A stretch of DNA of 63,140 bases, counting the filler, from Craspedostauros australis (taxonomy: Eukaryota): NCBI GenBank assembly GCA_030167865.1. It is 14 parts of 14 records of this genome, joined end to end, with 100 filler letters (N's around TTAATTAATTAA, not from the genome) between each part and the next. Parts side by side here need not be neighbours in the genome. Positions count along the whole stretch, not along the records: positions 47,892 to 56,295 come from JALAGF010002278.1; positions 56,396 to 60,205 come from JALAGF010002279.1; positions 60,306 to 61,697 come from JALAGF010002281.1; positions 61,798 to 63,140 come from JALAGF010002282.1; 10 more parts are not named here. The stretch is one strand, 5' to 3'. Below the pieces are notes generated by a model that saw only the letters and a program-made list of their open reading frames with translations, was not told the DNA's origin and searched no databases. Position numbers and translations under genes: made by a program. Shown in pieces: positions 55,807 to 63,140 of this stretch (the stretch's first letter is position 1; each line of letters starts with the position of its first letter).

Positions 55807-58800
55807 CCACTTCTGTGGTTGTACTTTTGCTGGCGGCAATTTGCAAAACTGACTTTATAAATGCTACACGTGCGCCATTGACCATGTTCCCCAGTGGCCA
55901 AGGCACGAGCAGCATGGGAGGACACAAGCAATCCACCAAAGCCCTCTTGGCGACACTTGATGACACACTGCTTTGGTGGATCATGGAAATGCGTGTTGTA
56001 CAGGAACGAAGCATGAACAATGATGGGAGCAGTTCAAGGCCATCCAGAGAGCAATAGCTCGTTGACCACTCCGACCTGGTGATGAATGATGTCTCCTCGA
56101 GTGACACGAGCTAGTGTGTGCTGCTCTAGGGTATTATACGTCACAAGTGCATGTTATCAGTATGTACTGACATGCACAATTGCTCTAGTATGGTATGAGA
56201 ATGATAACAGGATGAGAAGAGCATGGCAAGAGCATGGCAACGTACACAAGTACTCTGTCATATGACTACTCTTGTTGGCAAGTTCCATGGACGGANNNNN
56301 NNNNNNNNNNNNNNNNNNNNNNNNNNNNNNNNNNNNNNNTTAATTAATTAANNNNNNNNNNNNNNNNNNNNNNNNNNNNNNNNNNNNNNNNNNNNTAGGA
56401 CCAACAGGATGCCTCCATAAGTTCTTCGAAGGAAGACTTGTTCTTCATCGATGTCAAAACGTCGCATGTGGCTTTCTCGCGTCTGGGTGACAAAATTGTT
56501 CTTGGGTGTCGAATTAGTCGTACTAGTCGATTTTCGTTTCCGCTGCTTTTTGCCGGGTGTCCCAGTCGGCATATAGCCCCATGACTGGTTTGGACGCAAA
56601 AAGCGCGAAAATCGTGAGGACACAACACGACAAACACACGACGCGAAAGGACACGATACTTTTGATCTCCACAAAATTAGAGTAACACTCGGCAAGTGAG
56701 GAAGGTGGTTTCCGAGCAACGACACAACTGCCGGGGCCCTTTCGCCGATCACGAGCAGAGCGAAGGGTCTTGCCGGCAGGAGAGACGCATTGATGTGGAT
56801 GTCCTGTCGGTGTGCTGCTGCTGAAGTGGATCGAAACAATACCGTTGCAGTTGTCGAAACGGACGATTTGGCTTCACTTCCGCTGTGATGACGGCGGACA
56901 GGTACGGACACGGGTAGCTTGCAGGTTGACACTTCACATCAAGTTGCTCTACAATTGCCATGTCGCAACGAAGGAATACAACGAGCTAGAGTATGGTACG
57001 AGCTATGGTAGAGTACAGCGGTTGCGGGTGCACGCACGAGTTAGGGGAAGGGAGCTAACCAGTCGCAAGACGCTCCGCTCCATGTGCGGTAGTTTGCATC
57101 TTGGTAGTTGTGTCTCTCCCAAGTACGTAAGTACGAGTGAGTCGTGGGCGAGTTGTTCCTCTGCCGCTCCTATGCGGTTTTGCTGTCTGCGATTTCTTGG
57201 TTCCTCTTCTCGCCTCGCTCGCTCTGGTTGATGTGACACACGCGTCAGGACGCACTCGCAGAGACACGGGAGATAGGAAAAGCTGATGGATGGGGTTGAT
57301 GGATGGAGTTGATGGATGTCGCCTTGAGCAGGAAACGGCATCGCGCAGGAGAAATGGAGAAATGCGAAAGATGCAACGGCGGAACTGAGATTGACGCCCA
57401 TCATAGTTGTAGGTCGTTGGCCGTAGCTGGCTTTGCGGCCCAACCCCAGCAGACGCATCTCCCAGCTGGCATCTTGAAGACGAGATGGAACGGATCTCGG
57501 GAGGAAGATGGCGCACATGAGAAGCGTCGCAAAGCAGACGCACAGGACAGGCGATTCTGAATTGGACGTACGCAAGTGCATTCGATACGAATGACGCCAG
57601 GAAGGGAGCGAACGCCAGTCCACTATCATGGGGGTTTATAGTTGTTCCTTGCTACAGCGCGAAGTACGAATGTGTGTGGGATGGTGCTTGAAGGGCAGTA
57701 GCAGGATACGCAGTCCACCAATAGAAGCCATGTGCGTCATGTTGGGGGTCGGACAGGAAATGGGAACATGGGAACTGATAAATTCTGGAAAACGGAAGTG
57801 ACGCATGGATGTGCGTGCGTGAGCAGAGTCCGCGGTGATGGATTCCTTTGTTTCGTGCATGGCGGGTTGATGTGTGTGATGCGTGCGCACGCAAGACATG
57901 GCGTACTCAACACGATGTCGATGGCATGGCGCAGAATGCCGGTGCGAGCTCTTGGTGTGGCAGCGTCGGAAATCCCCAAGAAACACCCCCTCGTACGTCG
58001 TGCGTCATTCATTCCACAAGAACATCGAACCAATGAATTGCGTCTGTCTACGAAGGAACACCAATAGCAATTTCCCATCTGGCGACCAGTTATGAAATCT
58101 TGACGTCAGTGCCGTCGTAAATATCTCGGTTAAAGAATCTAAGAAGCAAAACGGAATGACCATAATTGAGAATGACACCTTGATTGACACCTTCGTTGAT
58201 GGAATCGATCTGTTCCGCCCAGATGCCCTCGTTCACCAACAAATCTCAACAAGAGCACGAAGGAAGCATCAACGAACATCAACAGACCCCGACCTCCATC
58301 CGACGTGTACAGCGTTGTTGTCACGGCTGTCATGATTCTTGTCGCTCCTCTCTTCTCAGCCGTACAATCAGGGAGTACCGCGGAGTGGGAACACCACACG
58401 AATTCTTACGCTGGGGTTTGTCTTTGTCCCCAACTTGTGCTCAATCATGCAGAGAGCAGCGTGTCGCATGAGAGACAGAGCAAGTGCGGTTGTGATACGA
58501 CTAGTCCTCCTTTGTTGATGTGCCTCGTTGATAGATCGCAGAGAGCTGGGTGGAGTAGAGCGAAGTACTCTGGTGTGGATGCATCACTTGGAGCATCACG
58601 ATAATCCACAAGAGTGTCCACACCACCCGCCAAACACATCTGGGCAACAGGCAGGCCAAACCGACAATCGGCAGAGCAGCACAGAGCAGCGAATATCAAA
58701 CGAGTACCAAACGCACGAGTACCCAACCCACGAGTCCACTCTTGGCGTTCCCGTGGTTTGTTATTGTGCTTCGTGTTTGTGCCAAAGACAGCTGGCAAGA

Positions 58801-60008
58801 AATCAGCCGAAGCAGAAGCGCAAGCATCCAGCGACAGCATCAACAGCAGCAGCACACACCATCCGGACCTGGTGCAATCAGAGTCAAAGCCTCACAGTCA
58901 CAGCCCTACGAGCACAGTCAAAGCTATAGCCACGAAGCCAAAGGCACAACCCAGCTGCGCAGCATCACAGAGAGAGAAGTCCCAAGACCGACAGGCATCC
59001 AACACCATCGGGATCACTATCCGAACCATCATCACGAGCAGCATCACGAACAGTATTGGGAACAGCATCGGGAGCATTATTAGGAACAGCATCATTCACA
59101 AAGACAGCCAGAGCGCTAATAGTGGTATTGGCGACATCAGAGCAACAGCAGAGCAACACTTGTAACAGCGGAAGTAAGAGCAACACCACCACCTACAATA
59201 CTCGTAGTTGTGCCACACGCAGACGCAGAGGCAACTCTTCACTCACAACAATCGCAATCACACCAGCAACCAAGCAAACGAGACAACGAGACAACCAAGC
59301 AAACGAGACAACAGACAGAGGAACAAGCAGAGCAAGATGGAACCATCGGTGGCGAAGAAGTCGCCGGCGGGAGGACGCAGAACAAAGGCCAAGCATCAGA
59401 TTCGCAACTTTGTGTACGCCAACTCGCTTTGTGTGCCCAAGCCCCCGCAGCAGCAGCAGCAGCAGCAACCTGAGAGACGGAGTGACAATGGTGCTTCTGC
59501 CACCCAACAACCCGCTTTGGCGCCTACCCCACGATCGACTTGGCATCACGCCTCCTCGGCTCTACAACAATCGCAGCAGTCGCAACAACCACAGCAGCAG
59601 CCACAGCAAAGGCACAACCCCCTTGTTCGAAAGTCAGCCCAAGGACCACCATCGACTGCCTCCCTGTTTCCCTTTTCAAGTCTACCGAAGGTAGCAAGAC
59701 GCTCCGGACCAGCGCCATCCACGATCGTGGTGCCATCATCCGCATCATCGTCGGAGGCGAGAGGGAGCGCTCCCACCCTCCCATCACATGCCTCCGTTCA
59801 ACACAGCTTTCAGCAGTACCAACTCCAGCAGCGCCGACAGGAGCAGCAGAAACGCCAGGGGCTTCCGGTAAACTGCCGGACATGGTGGTTCGGGTGCATT
59901 TTAACGGACTTACGAACACTGTTAGTCGTGAATGAGATTTTATTAGTCTTGATTGCCATGTCCTTCAGACATTGTCGTCGCCACTCGCGACTCGTATCTG
60001 TGCGATGT

Positions 60009-60156
60009 CAAAAGATGCCCTAAAATAGGGCACCTTTTCAAAACGTGCCTTAAATTAGGGCATCTTTTCAAAACGTGCCTTATATAGGGCACCTTTTCAA
60101 AACGTGCCCTGAATAGGGCATCTTTTCAAAACGTGCCCTAAATAGGGCACCTTTTC
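60009..60156. repeat. Tandem array of ~29-30-bp palindromic units (5 hairpins)
   Basis: (G/A)TGCC(C/T)T-loop-AGGGCA(C/T) separated by a constant CTTTTCAAAAC. Confidence 0.92.
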
Positions 60157-61310
60157 TCCCTCACCCACATGTCGCTGTTCGCAGCCGATTGGACGACAGA
60201 AAGAGNNNNNNNNNNNNNNNNNNNNNNNNNNNNNNNNNNNNNNNNNNNNTTAATTAATTAANNNNNNNNNNNNNNNNNNNNNNNNNNNNNNNNNNNNNNN
60301 NNNNNGCATAATATTCTGCAATAACCTGAAAACGCATGTAGACTGCTCCCCCCGCGACTCGTTGGTTTGTGACTGAATGGGCTCTTAAGGGATAGTTCCC
60401 AAGGTGAGGTGTGAGTCAGGTCGGTCATGCTTGAGTCATGATGGATTCGTGAATGGAGGAGAGAGAGGAGAAACGATTTGGTGGTCAATCAAGTCGGAAG
60501 ATTTCGCGCCAAAACAAGAATTTCTCCCATCGGGTTGATACCGTGTTCGGTAATAGTCTGTCCCTCATTGAATCTCAACTTAATCTACGGACCGAGAGGA
60601 ATCTAACGTCAGCGGGAACACGAGGAGCAGAACATGAACGTCAGAAGAGGAGCAAGACCAGATATATATGGATGAGAGGAACCAATTAGGTAAGACGTTA
60701 GGATTAGAGACTGAAGCAATCGAGTTCCTGAATCTCTGTCTGACACAACCAAGACCAAATAAGACAACAACACGACGAACTGCGGGTAACTGGCGCAGGT
60801 CGAGGATTCACATCGCGGTGGATCGTTAGGAATTAGGAAATGATCTGACTCAATAGGAGTCAGAACTACACGAGTTTGCAGGGCAACTGGAGATTGACAT
60901 GAGTTGACTTTTGACAGACAAGTCGAGCTCATAAAACGCAGAGAAAGAGGAATCACCAACCTACAAACCCGGGATAACAGAACAACTAACTTAGTGAACC
61001 AATTGTAGCCCCACCCGGTCTACATGAGCAACAGGATTGAGACCTGTTTCAACAGATGTGGACGTGAATCCCAACGCAGTCACCTGCACCTACGTCTCGA
61101 AAGCCTCGCTTGCCGACTTCGTCCTGCCTTGGTGGTTGCAATGCCTCCACGGTCTTGAGGGACCAGAGAAGAGTATGTGTGGCCAGCACTGCAAGTGTGC
61201 CCGCTAACCTCATTGTGGAGAGGACCACATGTGATAGTCGTATGTGTGAGTGCCCTGGCTCCTCTGCCAAGTATTGTGGAGTAATTGAGTATTATTATGA
61301 ATACATGCGT

Positions 61311-61697
61311 TTAGAACTTCGCCGGACCTCTGGCGGTGGCAAGCTTCTTGCCCTTTGAGATTGGTTGGATGATCTTGCCAGATCGCTTCAGGATTTCCGG
61401 TCGCGTCATGTCCTTGACGGAGCTTCCCACGTTCCATTCCTTGCCCATGCCGCCTGCCATGGCCAGCTCGTATTCCTCGCGAGATTTGTACGGGAAAGGG
61501 ACGTCGCCCAGCATGAAGACGTTGGCCGTCTTCTTCATTCGTTTCTCGTTGATGATGACGTTGGGGCGTGTTTGTTTGTGTGTTTGTTTGCGTTTGCGAG
61601 AATCGCTGCCGTCCAGCATGGAGGACAATGCGGCAGATTTCTTGTTGCCGCCACGCTTCTTGTTTCGCTTGGATTTGGAGGCAGGTGGGGGCGGTGG
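61311..61697 (-). CDS. UTP14: UTP14 (U3 snoRNP / SSU processome), C-terminal fragment
   Basis: NVIINEKR...VPFPYKSREEYE...GKEWN...TRPEILKRSGKIIQPI. Confidence 0.88.
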   Translation of the reverse strand, partial: PPPPPASKSKRNKKRGGNKKSAALSSMLDGSDSRKRKQTHKQTRPNVIINEKRMKKTANVFMLGDVPFPYKSREEYELAMAGGMGKEWNVGSSVKDMTRPEILKRSGKIIQPISKGKKLATARGPAKF

Positions 61698-61797
61698 NNN
61701 NNNNNNNNNNNNNNNNNNNNNNNNNNNNNNNNNNNNNNNNNTTAATTAATTAANNNNNNNNNNNNNNNNNNNNNNNNNNNNNNNNNNNNNNNNNNNN

Positions 61798-63140
61798 AAA
61801 CTCAAGAACAGAGGAGAAGAGATGGTGTTCATTGGATATGCACACCAACATGCATCAGGGGTCTACAACATGTACAGACCACCGACCAAGTCACTCATCT
61901 GTTCACGAGACATCAAGTGGCTCAACCAATCATACGGACAGTTCCGTGGCTGGGCACCAGCACCAANCATATCCAANGAAACAGGAACNACGGACGCAGA
62001 CGGCTTCACAACCATCGGACGGAAGGGAGCAACGCCAAGGACGGCAACGCGTCAAACATCGGAAGCGAAGAGAGTATCTTTCGCTGACAGCAACAGGTAC
62101 TACATCCTATCAGATAGCGATGATGAGGATAATGAGGACGACGGAATAGTGACTCAACTAATCCAAAATAACGAGAAGGATCGGAGCGAATCTAATCATG
62201 AGGATGACGAAATCCTACCCTCCGGCGACGAAGCCGATGACGAGATAGGTGTCACTCCTCCGAACACACCAGGGAGGTCTACACATGATACACCATCCAA
62301 ATCTCCACCAAGCAAACCAAGCAAGCGTGACATAGCTAGAAAGGAGAGGATCCGACGTCACGAAGCACGAGGCAGAAAGGGAGAAACTAATCCCAAGTCA
62401 ACTACAGGGAAGAGCATTCCCAGAGCTCTGCGCGAGCTCGCAGACTTCAACGAACGAGGTCGAAAGGAAGAAGGCTATGAGAGTGATCCATCATCCAACG
62501 AGGCGAGTGACGAACTCAGCGACGAGATGATCGACGACTCCAACAACGAAACTACAGATGATGAAGAAATCGAAGACAAAGACGAAGAGATCGAGATCAC
62601 TCATCATAGCACAACAGGACTGTACGGAATGAATGCAATCATCACCGAATCACCAGCGATCGACATCGGACTGTCGATGCAGGACGAAAACAAGGAACCA
62701 GAGAAGCACATCGAACCTACAACGTTCAACGGAGCCTTCAATCATCCAGATCCTATCCATCAGAAGGGATATCGAGCAGCCATCAAGAAGGAGTTCGACT
62801 CCATGGATATACGAAAGGTATACAGCAAGATCAAACGAGACGCCATCCCACGCGGCCGCAGATGCTGCAAGTGCAAATGGGTCTTCAAGCTGAAGCGTGA
62901 NNNNNNNNNNNNNNNNNNNNNNNTTGCATGTGGCTATTCACAAGTCGCAGGAGTAGACTTCCAAGAGCATTACTCACCCGTCATCCATGACGTGACCTAT
63001 CGGGTCATGATGGTGACTATGCTAATCAAGAAGATGGACTGCGCACTCGTCGATGTCGTAACGGCATTCCTACATGGAGACCTCGACGAGGAAATCTACA
63101 TGAACTGTCCCAACGGGATGGATCATCAACCAGACGAAGC
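61798..63140 (+). mobile_element. Ty1/copia pol fragment: integrase C-terminal SH3-like region, acidic linker, N-terminal RT; open to the window end
   Basis: One frame from 61798, absent from the ORF track because it has no stop: KLKNRGEEMVFIGYA...SRDIKWL; EPTTFNGA; AIKKEFDSM; CKWVFKLK; ACGYSQVAGVDF; DVVTAFLHGDLDEEIYM. Confidence 0.92.

Noticed and set aside
58614..60023. Overlapping Q/S/H-rich ORFs
   Set aside because: Low complexity, interrupted frames and no recognisable domain; a gene model cannot be supported.
60009..60156. CRISPR array
   Set aside because: No unique spacers, no cas genes, and a eukaryotic context.
60544..61034. Possible solo LTR (TGTT...AACA)
   Set aside because: No target-site duplication, no convincing PBS or polypurine tract, and no second copy in the window.
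4125..61797. Recurrent TTAATTAATTAA motif inside N-runs, and ORFs ending in X...LIN
   Set aside because: Synthetic six-frame stop linker between contigs; not biological.

Overview
This is eukaryotic nuclear DNA, almost certainly from a diatom: it carries a silicon-transporter (SIT) homologue, CoDi-type Ty1/copia elements and GT-AG introns. The window is not one locus. It is 14 contigs joined by 13 artificial 100-nt spacers (N-run + TTAATTAATTAA + N-run), so adjacency across spacers is not evidence of linkage. Mobile DNA: two CoDi-like copia elements (1-4124 +; about 40820-46200 -, decayed), a classic copia IN/RT fragment (61798-63140), a large APE-RT-RNaseH-CCHC non-LTR element (6990-12756 -) next to a ~190-bp satellite with an orientation switch, and two pieces of a PIF/Harbinger-type DDE transposase. 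Host genes: TatD, a GT32 glycosyltransferase, an SDR, SDA1, HscB, a multi-pass membrane protein, an ankyrin-array protein, a SIT pseudogene, a STAND-type AAA ATPase, a GT61 glycosyltransferase, an ENTH protein, an atypical SDR/epimerase, three tRNA-Ala(AGC) genes and the 3' end of UTP14. Main leads: (1) both CoDi elements have a primer-binding site directly after the LTR that matches the anticodon loop of a non-Met tRNA (Asn-GUU, Val-AAC), suggesting half-tRNA priming; (2) an in-frame UGA-C plus hairpin at the gag/pol junction suggests programmed readthrough; (3) an 82-bp inverted repeat brackets the satellite + LINE contig; (4) the SIT copy has lost one GXQ motif. All calls are from reading motifs by eye; no database searches or folding programs were run.
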